64,000 nucleotides of DNA from Lama glama. Taxonomy: Eukaryota. Positions 50,075 through 62,279 of this stretch are shown here, in pieces. Under the pieces are notes generated by a model. That model searched no databases. It was not told where the DNA came from and worked only from the letters and a program-made list of their open reading frames with translations. The translations under genes and the position numbers were made by a program. The stretch is taken from contig CM052817.1 in assembly GCA_028534125.1 (NCBI GenBank), forward strand, positions 23,686,001 through 23,750,000, in the 5' to 3' direction. Position 1 is the stretch's first letter, and each line of letters begins with the position of its first letter.

Positions 50075-52480
50075 AAATGGATATGCTAATATTGACCTAT
50101 TCTTGCATTTCCAGATTAAATCTCACTGGTCTACAATGTATATATTTTTAAGGTGGTACTGGATTTTACTTGCTAATGTTTTATTTATAATTTGACATCT
50201 ATATTTCTAAATGCTATTATTATCATTGTAAATATTAAAGTTACATCTGCTTCATTGAAAGCATTCAAAAATTTCTTTTTCCCTCTCTGGAAAAATTTAT
50301 TTAGCATTATTACTATGATTATCTAGTCTCTGCAATGTGGTAAGAATTCCTCCATGAAAGCAGCTACATATGGTGCTGTTTTGAGTAGTATTAGTTGAAA
50401 AAAGTTCTTNNNNNNNNNNNNNNNNNNNNNNNNNNNNNNNNNNNNNNNNNNNNNNNNNNNNNNNNNNNNNNNNNNNNNNNNNNNNNNNNNNNNNNNNNNN
50501 NNNNNNNNNNNNNNNNNNNNNNNNNNNNNNNNNNNNNNNNNNNNNNNNNNNNNNNNNNNNNNNNNNNNNNNNNNNNNNNNNNNNNNNNNNNNNNNNNNNN
50601 NNNNNNNNNNNNNNNNNNNNNNNNNNNNNNNNNNNNNNNNNNNNNNNNNNNNNNNNNNNNNNNNNNNNNNNNNNNNNNNNNNNNNNNNNNNNNNNNNNNN
50701 NNNNNNNNNNNNNNNNNNNNNNNNNNNNNNNNNNNNNNNNNNNNNNNNNNNNNNNNNNNNNNNNNNNNNNNNNNNNNNNNNNNNNNNNNNNNNNNNNNNN
50801 NNNNNNNNNNNNNNNNNNNNNNNNNNNNNNNNNNNNNNNNNNNNNNNNNNNNNNNNNNNNNNNNNNNNNNNNNNNNNNNNNNNNNNNNNNNNNNNNNNNN
50901 NNNNNNNNNCTTTCTCTCAAGAGGTGAGTTAAGCGCATTTGTGCTTTGATGATTGATATGTTACTTCTTAATTGGGTCTAACATTTTACATCTACTTTTC
51001 CCATCTAAATGCGTTCTGTTTTATTCTCTCCTTTTCTGTTTCTTTTGTCACGTGTGAAGGTTTGGGGTTTCCTTCCAGAGATTACCTTTTTAATAACATT
51101 GCTAACGTTCCTGGTCCTCCTTCGCTTACTTAGTTTCCCCTACAAGTATTCCCTACTTTTCAGAAGTTCTGCTGCCTCTCATCTATGAAAGACCTACATC
51201 AGTACTTGTTTTCATTACCTGAAAGAAATGTGAAGAGAATTTTCACTTTTATGAAAAAAGGTGAAAAGCGAAAACAGTGCTTAGTCTTTGCTTTGCAGCT
51301 GCAGTTGTAGAGAGGCAGCGCACACCCCAAGCAGTGAGAGTGGCGCCACCCAGCTCCTTCCCCAGGAATTGCACTCAGCATCAAGCCGCCATAGCTTTGA
51401 ACTGTGACTGTGAGCATCTGTGCATCCCTTAGCAACATGTGTTCTAAGATAGTGTCTTCTTGCTCTACACCACTTCTGCTTACGAAAGGTTTCATAGGTA
51501 TGCCTTCCTTTCAGATAGTGGGGAAATCTGTACTTGGTTTATCAGTTTACAATGGTACCCACTGTCTCCACCTATTTTTTACATGACCATTGCCGAGCTT
51601 ATTTCAGTTCCTTCTTTACCTTCTCTTTCTCCTTTCTGTAGCATTATTAGTTTTTAATATCAGGGCAGATAACAAATATATTCTATTCTTCTACCCTTGA
51701 CTCTTTTCTATATACAGTTAAAATATTCAATAGTCACTCTAAGTTCTTTTGCCAAACATTCCAGAGTCAGCTCTTGGTTGTATGACACTCAATGTTTTTA
51801 TATATTACACAGAAAGGGCTTTTGGATACACTATTTCTTGAGTTTGGACATGTTTATATCTGTTCCTATAACCATGATAATTGAAGGAGAGTTTGGTTGG
51901 AAATAAAATCCTTGGCTCACATACTGCTTTTCTTGAGTGTTTTTTTTTTTTTTTAATGCTATTGTAAGATCGTCTTCAATTGTATGTTATTGTCAAAAAA
52001 ATCTGCAGTTAAATGATTTTTTTCTATGTAAGTGACTTGGTTTTCTGTTTTTTTTTTCTGTATTTTATTGATGTTCTAGGGGAATATGTTATCTTTAAAA
52101 CCAAATACTTTTGCTATGTCCTTTGAGATGACAAATCTGAATCAATCTTTCCAGGTACCCCAGGTATTTTAATATATAATTGCAAGTCTTTTAGTTTCAT
52201 GGAGTTTTCTTGGAAAATAGTTTTAAGTATTAATTCCATTGCATTGTTTGGTTTTTCTGCACTGAATTCAGGTTTGTTTGACTTTTTTCTTTATTAAAAA
52301 TTACTACTCTCTGTGATCTTTTTAGCTATTTTTAAGGTTTTGTTTTCATAAATATTCTCATATCTTGCCGAAAATCCATTTATTATATTTTCAGTTGATC
52401 TACTTCTAATTTAATCTTAATTGCTAACATTATTTTGCCTTTTCCTTCAGTAATTTCTTATGTCCAGTACACTCTTGTTT
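50075..52480 (-). mobile_element. old L1 (L1ME/L1M5 class) spanning the gap: ORF2 part on the left; ORF2 start and ORF1 on the right
   Basis: 50280-50380 resembles antisense of the PGPDGFTGEFYQ region; 50910-50960 antisense of the ORF2 start; 51780-52480 ORF1-like agtttggttggaaataaaatccttggctcaca (could instead be HAL1). Confidence 0.6.
50410..50909. other. assembly gap (500 N)
   Basis: Run of n from 50410 to 50909. Confidence 1.
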
Positions 52481-53371
52481 GACAAGAGTGTATTTTTTTT
52501 ACTCCTATTTTTTTAACTCTTTTTTTTTTCCTTCTCATCCTGTCCCCTAATAAGAGCTCTGTACCCAGAGCCCTCCATGGGCCCTCCGTGCCCCATTCCT
52601 GCCTTTCTCCTAGCAAACCCCACTCCCGGAAGCAGTCATCAAATTCCTCTGTCTCTGATCCAAATCCTAAACTTAAAATGTGAACCTTGATCCAAATTCC
52701 TTCGAGAAATAAGAGAATGGATGAGCCCTTCTCTCTCTTAATCCCAGTGCAATGAAAATTAAGCATAAGATTGAGCTGGAGGAGCCTCTGTCTCTGCCGT
52801 GTGTCCAGGGCTTGGATGGGACCCAACAATACGGAGAGAGGGCAAAGGGCAGGGAGGGAGCTCAGCATCCTGGTGACTTGGGGTCTGTCATCCCTCCCAC
52901 TCTCCTCTCCCCAACATTCTTGCTGCATGCGGGGCCATTATGCCATTATGCTATTAACCAAAATGACAACATATAGATAAGGGAACGTATGGATTGGTAT
53001 GCAGCCATCAGCATTCTCTGGCTGTATGAGGGAGCAGAGTCCTAATATTTAGTGTTCTTGGGCCTCAATTCACTCCTCGTGAGGTTGCAGCTGAGGCTTC
53101 TTACTTCAGCACTCACTTCTGGATAATGTGAATACATGGCATAAAATGTAAACTGTTCTAAATGTACGATCAAATTCTGTCTCAAACTTGTTTCTCCACA
53201 CTTCCTGGATCAAACTGATAAACATTATTTCACTTCTCTTTTGTGTAGATCACAGTTTCACAAATCTTTTCTCCTGAACAGCTTTTATTGTCATTTACAT
53301 AAACACACAAAATTATTTTTTTACTTTTCTAACAATGACTAAAATAGGGCAAAATAACTAACTTTGAGGGC

Positions 53372-53393
53372 CCTTGCACAATATTGTGCAAGG
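53372..53393. repeat. perfect 22-bp palindrome
   Basis: ccttgcacaatattgtgcaagg is its own reverse complement. Confidence 0.95.
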
Positions 53394-53553
53394 AGAATAC
53401 AAGCTTGGTGAGAACTCACTGGGCTGATGAGTCACTACTAGGCCCCCGTGATCTCAACCATGGGATGGAAATGAACAGTTGCAGTTGGGGGCAGGGTTGG
53501 TTCAGAACCGCTGCTTGTGTTTTAAATCTCAGGCAGAGGGTCACAGCTAGGAC

Positions 53554-54065
53554 AGTAACAGGGAAGAACGAATCTGATTCCATATTGGATCTGTTTTTTT
53601 TACTTTAACCTTCGTATTCTATTGCTTTTGCTGTAAGTTGAGAATGTTTCCTGTAGCCTGAAATATACAGGCTAGCCCACTCTCAAGGCTCTGACCTTGA
53701 AAGGTATAACACTTTTCATTCGCATAGAGATCATAAGTTGCAGAACAGAGAATATTTGTCTTGGAGTTTTACAGGAATATCGTGACCAGACCTACATGGA
53801 CAGCGGCAAGAACAAAGGATTATCACACGCCCTCGGGGGTCTGCCAGGCACCAGCAAGTTTGCAACAACCAGCCATGCCCCCTCCCCTTTCAGTATAAAA
53901 GAAGCCTGAATTCTAACTCAGGTAAAATGGTTCTTTGGGACACTAGTCCACTATCTTTTCAGTCTGCTGACTTTCCAAATAAAGTCACTATGTCTCGCCC
54001 CAACAACTCATTTCAATTTATGGACCTGTTGTGTGGTGAGCAGTACAAGCTTGGGCTCAGTAACA
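53554..54065 (+). mobile_element. ERV1 solo LTR (3' end resembles the MER34/MER39 group), 4-bp TSD GGAC
   Basis: ggac|agtaacagggaag...cttgggctcagtaaca|ggac; TATAAAA at 53894-53900; AATAAA at 53978-53983. Confidence 0.88.
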
Positions 54066-54432
54066 GGACCCACATATGTTGGAAATCCAACCCAAGCTTC
54101 ACCAACTGGCATCAGTCAGGCACATCTAGATGGGACTGGAACACCACCACTGTAGGCTCAGATGCCCTTCCCCACATCCCCTAAGGCAATGTCCTCTTCC
54201 AGTAACCCCTGTAGGGAGAACTGGTCTGAAAACCAAGGACAATGAAAGCGGAGACCTCTCCATAAACAAGGAGCAAAGCTTCCCACCCTGTCTCATGATT
54301 TTCCTCCTTCAGTGTCAATATGAGTCCAAGGGAAGTACATTTCATCATGATTTAGGGCTGCTTATATTTTTAAGGGGATGAGAGGAAACTTATAAGCTAA
54401 TAGAAAATTACCAGTTAAAAATTTTCCAATAC

Positions 54433-54950
54433 TGTAATACTCAGCCATAAAAAAATACAAAATAATGCCATTTGCAGCAACATGGATGGACCTGGAGATT
54501 GTCATTCTAAGTGAAGTAAGCCAGAAAGAGAAAGAAAGTACCATGTGATGTCACTCATATGTGGAATCTAAAAAAAAGAAAAAAGAAGACACTAATGAAT
54601 TCATTTACAAAAAAGAAACAGACTCAGACATAGTAAACAAACTTATGGTTGCTTGGTGGGGAAGGGGCTGGGAAGAGACAAACTGGGATTGTAGGATTTG
54701 CAAATATTAGCTACTATATATAAAATAGATAAACACGTTTCTTCTGTATAGCACAGGGCACTATATTCAATATCTTGTAGTAACCTATAATAAAAAATAA
54801 TTTGAAAATGAATATATGTACATATATCAGATGACTGAAACATGCTTTATGCCAGAAATTGACACATTGTAAACTGACTATACTTCAATAAAAGTTTTCC
54901 AATTAAAAAATAAAATAGTTTAAAACATTAGATTAAAAATAAAAAATAAA
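54433..54950 (+). mobile_element. camelid/cetartiodactyl-type L1 3' end (5'-truncated)
   Basis: tcagccataaaaaa...gccatttgcagcaacatggatggacctggagattgtcattctaagtgaagtaagccagaaagagaaag...gtatagcacaggg...aaactgactatacttcaataaaa plus A-rich tail. Confidence 0.9.
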
Positions 54951-55590
54951 TTAAAGTTTTCCACTACCATTATAGGAAAAGTTCCAGTACAACTTAGGAA
55001 AGTTCACACAGTGAAAATTTTGGAATTAAAGTGAATATGGAGGAACAGAGAGGGACATGGTTGACGTTTCAGTGGGAGTGTAGTGATGCATCTCTGGGTG
55101 GAAAGACCTATCACCAGAAAAAAGGTATGAGGAAAAGTCGGAAATCATGGGTGTGTGGGATCCACAGGGGAATTCAAGGAGAGTTTCTGCTGAGCCATGG
55201 CCTTAGAAGACCTGTATTTGTAGATAACAGGGAGGCATGGAAAGCTCTTTAGTCTTTGCAAGAGAAACATCATCTCTTAGGGGGCAAAACAAAGGCCTGC
55301 ACTCATCTCACCCTTTGAAGAGGAGCTTTTCCACGTTGATTGTGCTTTAGAACCACCTGAGGCCTTCAGAACTCCCATGCCGCAGCTCCAACTTTTATCA
55401 TCACGTGAGAATCTCGGGAAAGCGACCCCATCAGGAGTGTTAAACCCTCTCCAGGTAGTTACTGCAGCCTGGGTGCGACTCAGTTACTAAAGTCCCGGCC
55501 TCTCTGGAGCAAGACGAGGTAGGAATGGCCCAAGGAGGCCCCAGGCACTCGAGTGCAGCTCCTGGCAAAGTGCAGGATGTTCCTCTCGAA

Positions 55591-55752
55591 CAGCAGATTT
55601 CATCCCAGGGTGGCTGTTAGAATCGCCGAGGGAGATTTCCACAAACACAAATGCCTGGGACCCAGCCCAAAATAATTAAGTCTGAATCACAGAGGCTGGC
55701 CTTCAAAATGCCTTCCAGCTGATTCTATTGTAGAATCAGGGCTGGGACGCTG
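55591..55752. mobile_element. MER5B/MER5A-type MITE
   Basis: gttagaatcgccgagggagattt...aaatgcctgggacccagcccaa...aagtctgaatc...ttccagctgattctattgtagaatcagggctggga. Confidence 0.65.
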
Positions 55753-56269
55753 TTTTGCAGCTGAATTCACTTGGAGGATCTGCAGTTTCACCGAGCTTAT
55801 AGACCAGCGGAAGAGCTTCGCTCGACCTGGAAGTTATGTTAAACCGTTGAAAGTGTCCATCAACGTTGAGGGTAGAACAACGGGAAATACCTCTGAGGGG
55901 TATCCTTGTCTAGAAAGCCACTCTATGCGCTGACTGACTGCCTGAGACCCACGTCAGGAGGATGAGCAGCCTGATTATGAGCACTGCTGAGTGATAGGAG
56001 AGGAGCGATCACCTCCAAGACCTTTAATAGTGAGCGGCCCTCCTGTGGGCTTCAGAGACCACACGAAGCAGCGAGGAGCTCAGGCTTCTACTACTCTCCG
56101 GGAGCTCCTGACTCTCGAACTCCAGCAGGGAAGAGGAAATGCCCGCTCTCTGCAGGCCCTGTGGCTGCAGGGAAAAAAAAACTGAAGAATAAAATAGAAG
56201 GTAAGTTAAGAGGGAAACTGCTTTCTGTGTGTTTGTGGGACAATAGCTGGGTTGGCTTTCATTTTATTT

Positions 56270-56530
56270 CACAGGTATTTTTAGAGCCATTAAAACTTGT
56301 GCCGGGCAAACGTCTCTGTTCTTTACAAATAGTAAATATTTTAATACTTAGACAAGCCGGCTGGAAGGTGTTGTTACCATACTCATTTTACAGAGAGGGA
56401 GACTGAGACACAGTATGATAACCGCCTTACACAGGGATCCACAGTTGTAACTTCAGAGCTGGGAGTGAGAACCTGAAACTGCAGCTCCTTTAAGGTCCAT
56501 GACCTTAAAGCTGTTCTAGGCTGCCTCTCA
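56270..56530 (-). mobile_element. MIR SINE
   Basis: ctcattttacagagagggagactgagacacag...cagagctgggagtgagaacctg. Confidence 0.75.
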
Positions 56531-56569
56531 ACTGCTCCACGGAACCCCTCTTCACGGATTCCTGACTTT

Positions 56570-57135
56570 AATGGGACTGTGTCTGCGTCGGCCTTTTATG
56601 TCAGTTACTGCACTTTCCATCTCTGGAGGTTCAGTGGAGGTTGTTGCTGTCTTTCTAGTACTTCTTCCCCTTCCCCTCCAGGCTTGACCATAGAGAGTCC
56701 ACTTCCCATGCCTGTTTCGAAGTCATTCTGTACCAGTTCAACCATCGGTGTTGCTTCGGGTCTGTTGATGGATTTGTTTGCTACTGATGAATTCTATTTC
56801 TCTGTATCATTATACATCTGGTAACTCTAGGTAGGAGACCAGCATTTTTCATTTTACATTGTTGCCTGCTGGATATTTTTGTTCCTGTGAATAATATCAG
56901 GCTTTGTTTTGGGTTGCCATTAAGCCATTTGGAATCATATTGATGCTTTGAAGGATTGTTTAAAGTCTTTGGTAGTTGGGAGCTGAATAGGCTTCAGCTG
57001 ATGGATAATTTGGTCCCAATACTGGGCCAGTACCCTTCTGAGCACTGGATTTTAATCCCCTTGGATAGGGTTTTTTACACTCTGGCTTCTAAGGACACAG
57101 ATTCTTCCTGGCCCTGAGTGACTCCAGAGAACTAT
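56570..57135 (-). mobile_element. L1ME-type 5' region fragment (ORF1 start and 5' UTR)
   Basis: ttttacattgttgcctgctggatatttttgttcc...ggctttgttttggg...agtacccttctgagcac...tcttcctggccctgagtgactcc. Confidence 0.6.
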
Positions 57136-57704
57136 TTCTATTCTGAGTATTTGAATGTCTGATTCAAAACGTTTTCATCTGCAGGATGGTTGATTTTGTA
57201 GATGAATTTTCACCTGAAATTATCTCAATTTATAAATTCTCCTTACGTTTCCCTTGTATGGATGTTGTCTGCCACTTTCTGTTTATTTGAAAATATTCTG
57301 TTTTTCTTACATCCAACCCCTCCCCTAGTAAATAGGTACCACAGATGAATAAAATTGCACTTTTATTTATACTGATAGAAGGACTTCTTATACTAAAAAT
57401 CCTAGTAATCAATCCAAACTTCTCACTTCTCTTATAACTGAACTGGGAAAATAGTATATTTTCTTGTTTTTCTTTCATCTGAAATACTGATTAAAGGTTG
57501 AAAATCTTGCCCAAGATCAGAGTTAACATAACTGTATCTGTATCAGGTTTCTTGTGTTAAGTAATATACTAAATCAGCTCTCACATTTGGTAAGTAAAAC
57601 GGAATCTGACATACATTAAAGAAAATTGTTTCATAGGTAGAGATGTAAAATCAAAATTTTATACTGCTAATTAGTATTTTTTCCTAAAAACGTTGAAGAA
57701 ACAT

Positions 57705-57952
57705 TTTTTGGACATTTGTTAAACCAGTAGAGAAGACTTTGCAATGGAGTACAGAGATTGAACTTAAGTCCAAACAAGGGAAAGTAAAGGATGAGGGTAT
57801 GAAGTGTGGGGGATGAGGAACTTGATTTTATACTGAGGGTTGGTGATTCTCGCTAAACTAGTCTCAAAGGATTCTTGCTAAAGGCAGGCTAATGTAAATG
57901 TTTAGTCAAGAAGAGAGCTCAGAGGAACCTAACTAAAGTTTCATCATGGAGA
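57705..57952 (-). mobile_element. ERV1 LTR fragment (MER31/MER67-like)
   Basis: gattctcgctaaact...aggattcttgctaaa...tagtcaagaagagagctcagaggaacctaactaaagttt...ggaga. Confidence 0.7.
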
Positions 57953-57954
57953 CA

Positions 57955-58309
57955 AATATGTGCAAAGATATCCCATGTTCAGGGATTGAAAGAATTAATA
58001 TTGTTAAAATGGCCATACTAATCAAAACCATCTATAGACTCTATGCAATCCCTATCAAAATCCCAAAGGCAATTTTCACAGTAAGAGAAAAAAACAATCC
58101 TAAAACTTGAGTGAAACTACATAAGACCTCAAATAGCCAAAACAATCTTGAGAAAGCAACACAAAGCTGGAAGCATCACCCTTTCAGACCTCAGACTGTG
58201 CTACAAAGCTATGGTAATCCAAGCGTATGGCACTGGTATAAAAATGGACATATGAACCAGTGGAGTAGAATCAAGAGCCCAGAGATGAACCCTCACATAT
58301 ACAATCAAC
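57955..58309 (+). mobile_element. L1 ORF2 fragment (post-RT region), less diverged than neighbours
   Basis: aaagatatcccatgttc...gaattaatattgttaaaatggccatact...gcaatccctatcaaaatccc...tggcactggtataaaaa. Confidence 0.9.
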
Positions 58310-58594
58310 ATTGTTAATGTTACAATTTCATGATAATTTTAAGAGAAATTCTTTTAATACTAAATTGATTCTTGTACGTAATTTCCCTTTTACTTTGATA
58401 CACTCAAATCTAGATTTTAAATAGGATTTTTTTTTAACAAAGCTGTAGAAATTCACTTACTGGGTTCTACAAAAATACATTGTCTATGTACATGGTTAAG
58501 GGTATAAGAAAGACTATTTCAACTAGTAAAAAAACATAGTTATGTAATTACTCGTCGGAAGGAGAATCCAGATATAAAATATGCTATAAAACTT

Positions 58595-59831
58595 AAAAAG
58601 TTTTAATATGCTGCCTTTTTCATGAGTTTGTGTATTTTACTGAAGTTACAAAAATGTTGGCAAATAGCTGTCAGTGGTATCATTATGTTTTAAATTCCTT
58701 TTTATCCCTTCTATCATCCACTTTTAAAATTACAGTATTTTGTATCTTTTCTTTTTCTAGATATGTCACCAAAGGTGTGCCTTTTTGATATATTTTTATA
58801 GAAATAAATTTTCATGTTTTTATTCTTCCACATGGTATTTTTATTTTCTGTCATTGGTTCACACTCCTATTTTTATTACGTATTTCTTTTAATCTCTTTG
58901 GATTTATTTTATTTTTCATGCTTCAGATAGGCACAACACACTAATTTTCATGCTTTTTTCTAAATAAGTTTTTTTTTGAATAATTTTCTCTAAACAACTT
59001 TTTCTAAAAGTATCTAAAGGTATAGATTTTCACCACTTTGGTTCAATTCCAAATGTCCTGAGATAGAAGTTTTTCATTATCCATTAGTTCTACACGTTTT
59101 AAAATTCATATTGTAATTTTTATTTAATATAGTAATTATTTAGCAATGTATTCTTGAGTTTATATTTATAAGTTTTTAAAGCTATTTTTAAAAATGGACT
59201 TCTTAATTGCCCTGTGAGAAAGCATATGTGACATCTTCACTTTCTAATATGTTGAGGCTTTCAGCCTAATATATGATCGATTTTTAAATGATCCATGTGT
59301 GCATGAAAAAATATGTATTTGCTAACTGTGATGTACAGAATTCAATATGCTTGCACTCAGCAAAACTTTCTAATTGTTTAGATTTTACAGATTCTTGCTG
59401 GCTTTTTATTCGACTTGTACTATCATTAATTTAAAGAGGTTTATTGAATTCTCCCTTTATAATGGAAGATGTATCAATTTCTCCCTATAGTTCTATTATT
59501 TTGGCTTCTTAATGCTTGAGGTCAGTTTGCTAGAAGCATGCACATTTAGAATTGCTGTATCTTTTGATGAATGGAATGTATTGTTACTATATATTTATGC
59601 TCCCCCAGTAATGCTTCTTTTCTAAAAGTCTATTTTGCTTGATACTAACATAGATATGCAGTCTTTATTTTGATAATTATTTGCTTGATGCACCTTTTCC
59701 ATTAGTTAACTTTCAATCTCTGCATATGTATTTGCTTTATCTAATTATATTATAAACAGCATATATCTGAATTTTAAATATTTTTAGTGTGACAGTTTCT
59801 TTATACGACAATTTTAGTCCACTTAACATTT
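58595..59831 (-). mobile_element. old L1 ORF2 block A (endonuclease to pre-RT)
   Basis: Antisense of the ORF2 start motif at 59812-59830 (ttttagtccacttaacatt); antisense of the YEQLYANK...LPKL region near 58600-58690. Confidence 0.75.
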
Positions 59832-59834
59832 TTT

Positions 59835-60770
59835 AAATCACAACAAAAGATTGTAAAAAATCTAAATAAATCTGTAACTACTAAATGAAATGAAGGGATA
59901 GCTTAAAGTCACACCTCCCAAAGCACAGCTTACTCAAATGATTTTACAAGTAAGTTCTATCAAATTTTCAAAACAGCAACTGCCATCCCAATCTTTTCAA
60001 AACTCTCATAGAAAAGGAAAACAAACTCCACAACTAATTCTAACAGACCAGCATAACATGATTTTGAAAGTCAACAACTATGGAAATAAAAGAATCTTAT
60101 GGGTCCAGTTTACTCATGAATATTAATGAAAAAGTTCTTAACTAATTAAAATAAAATCCAACAGTCTATATAAAATACTCCATGAATGAGTCTTTTTCTT
60201 CTGTGTATGCAAGAATGACTTAATATTAGAAAATGCAGAAACATAAATCATGACTTCTACCAATTAAAGGGAAAAAATCATTTTAGATGAAGACAAAGCA
60301 ATGATAAAACTCAAAATAAATTCATTTTTAAAAACCTGTTATTAAATTAGTAGTAGGATGAAAATTTTAGCCTAAGTAAGGATATTCATACAAGCCCTAT
60401 AGTAAACATCATGCATTCTCCTTAAAATCAGGTTGAACACTAAAATAACCACCATTCTTGCTGCTCTTTCATAATGTATCTCTTATCAATATAATAAAAC
60501 AAGATAAGGAAATTAGAGTCATGCAGACTGGAGAGGAGTAAGTAAAAAATGTCACTTTTGAAGAGGATACATTTATTTTGAGTTAATGAAAACAAAGTTT
60601 TGTAGTTAAATTACAAGAAGAAAAGGGGAGAGCAAGGTGGCTAGAATGAAGATTTAGAGGCAGAAGTGCATGCCTAGACCCCAACGAACATGTTATAGAC
60701 TTGTAATTTTTAAAATATTTGAAATAGTATTAGAAAACAGCAAATACCTAAGAATATTTTTGCAAACACA
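59835..60770 (+). mobile_element. old L1 ORF2 block B (RT domain)
   Basis: atgattttacaagtaagttctatcaaattttcaa (DGFTGEFYQTFK-like); decayed FADD-like motif near 60557; ends aaatacctaagaatatttttgcaaa (KYLGINLTK-like). Confidence 0.8.
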
Positions 60771-62110
60771 TTTTTCTTTTTTATGATTTCAAACTATTTT
60801 CAGAGTATAATAAACATCCAGAAATGTGCACCTATCATGAGTAAACAATTCAGATGTTCAAATGTTGACCATACCTTGGAGAGTGCCCAGATTAAGAAAC
60901 AGAATTTATCATCCCAGAGTTTCTCTTGTGCTCCTTCCCAGTCCTGAGCTACCACCAAAGACAATCATTCTCCTGAACTTTAACAGAATATATATGTTTG
61001 ATTTATTTTTTACCCTTTGTGTGAACTATACATACAGCATGTATTCTGTTGATCTTGTGTTACTCAGCATTATCTTAGATTCACTCATATCGTTCCTTCT
61101 AATTGGTGTATGTTATACCATTTTGTGAATATATTTATCAATTCTATATATTTCTGTATATTTCCAGTTTTTAGCTATTACCAACAATGATGCTATGAAG
61201 GTTCTAGTACATATCTTTGCATTTGTGTAGGATGTACACTTAGGAATGAAACTTTTGGGTCAATTTCCCTGAGTGTTTGTGGCTATTTACACTCTCAGTA
61301 GAGTCTGTGAGAGTTCTTCTTGCTCCATATCCTTACCAATACTTGGTATTTTCAGTGATTTTCATTGTAAATAATATGAAGTCCAATTTATCCATTTGTT
61401 CATTAGTAGTAATTTTTAATTTTTGCTTAAGAAATCATCATTTATTCCAGTATGCTAAAGAGGTTCTGTCTTCTCCTATTGTTTTGCCTTTAGCTTTAGA
61501 TTGGAGTCCATTAAACTTTTAGAGTGGGTAAGGGTGTTTGGGTGTGGTGCAAAGCAGGCATTAAATTTTTTTTCTGTGTGGCTGTCCAACTGACAGAGTA
61601 ACATTTGTTGAAAAGACAGTCCTCTCCCAGCTACCACACAATATTTGAATATTGTGACACAATATTTGTCACAAATGAGGTTAAGTCTGTGTGAACCTAT
61701 TTCTGGAATCTCTATTCTTTTTCTTCGTTACTTTTGATAACACTACACTGTCTTAATTTTTTCGGCTTTATAATAGGTCTTGCTATCTTGTAAATTATTC
61801 ATCTTTTTAATTCTCTCTAAAATTACACTGGCTATTTTTCTTTATCTTTTGTGTTTCCATAAAAATTGTGGAATCAACTTGTCAACACACACATACACAC
61901 ATATACACACACGTGCTCACACAAAAACATGCCCACAGATACTGAGATTTGGGTTGGGATTGGAAAGATTCTATAGATTATCTTGAGAAGAATAAACATG
62001 TTTACTAATCTGAATATTTCAATCCATGAACAAGGCATATACCTCCATTTATTTGGATTTTCATTGTCTCCACATCATATATCGTTCTAAGAGTAGAGGT
62101 TTTGCACCAT
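60771..62110 (-). mobile_element. old L1 block C (ORF2 C-terminus plus L1ME-type 3' UTR), contains (CA)n at about 61885-61923
   Basis: 3' end ttcagagtataataaacatccagaaatgtgcac...cccagattaagaaacagaat; far end tccatgaacaaggcatatacctccatttatttgg...agtagaggttttgcac. Confidence 0.85.
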
Positions 62111-62279
62111 ATGATATAAGTCAAAATGTCATGAGTGAAAAATGATTAATTCTGTGAAAATATGGTTTAAAATACCACCTTATGAATAAAATCAATTATC
62201 CCATATACCACACTATATAAATATTTCAGTGGTTCAGAATTTAGTCCTATAACTATATCTTTAAATGCAGAACATTTTT

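Noticed and set aside
50297..50949. The two longest ORFs (213 and 184 aa)
   Set aside because: Artefacts of reading through the 500-N gap.
52458..52980. 156-aa minus-strand ORF and overlapping plus-strand ORFs
   Set aside because: No recognisable homology; the minus ORF runs into low-complexity T tracts next to an L1 fragment and has no exon structure.
55380..56170. GC-richer region with scattered CpGs as a possible CpG-island promoter
   Set aside because: CpG density looks below island level by eye, the region includes a MER5 element, and no linked exon was found.
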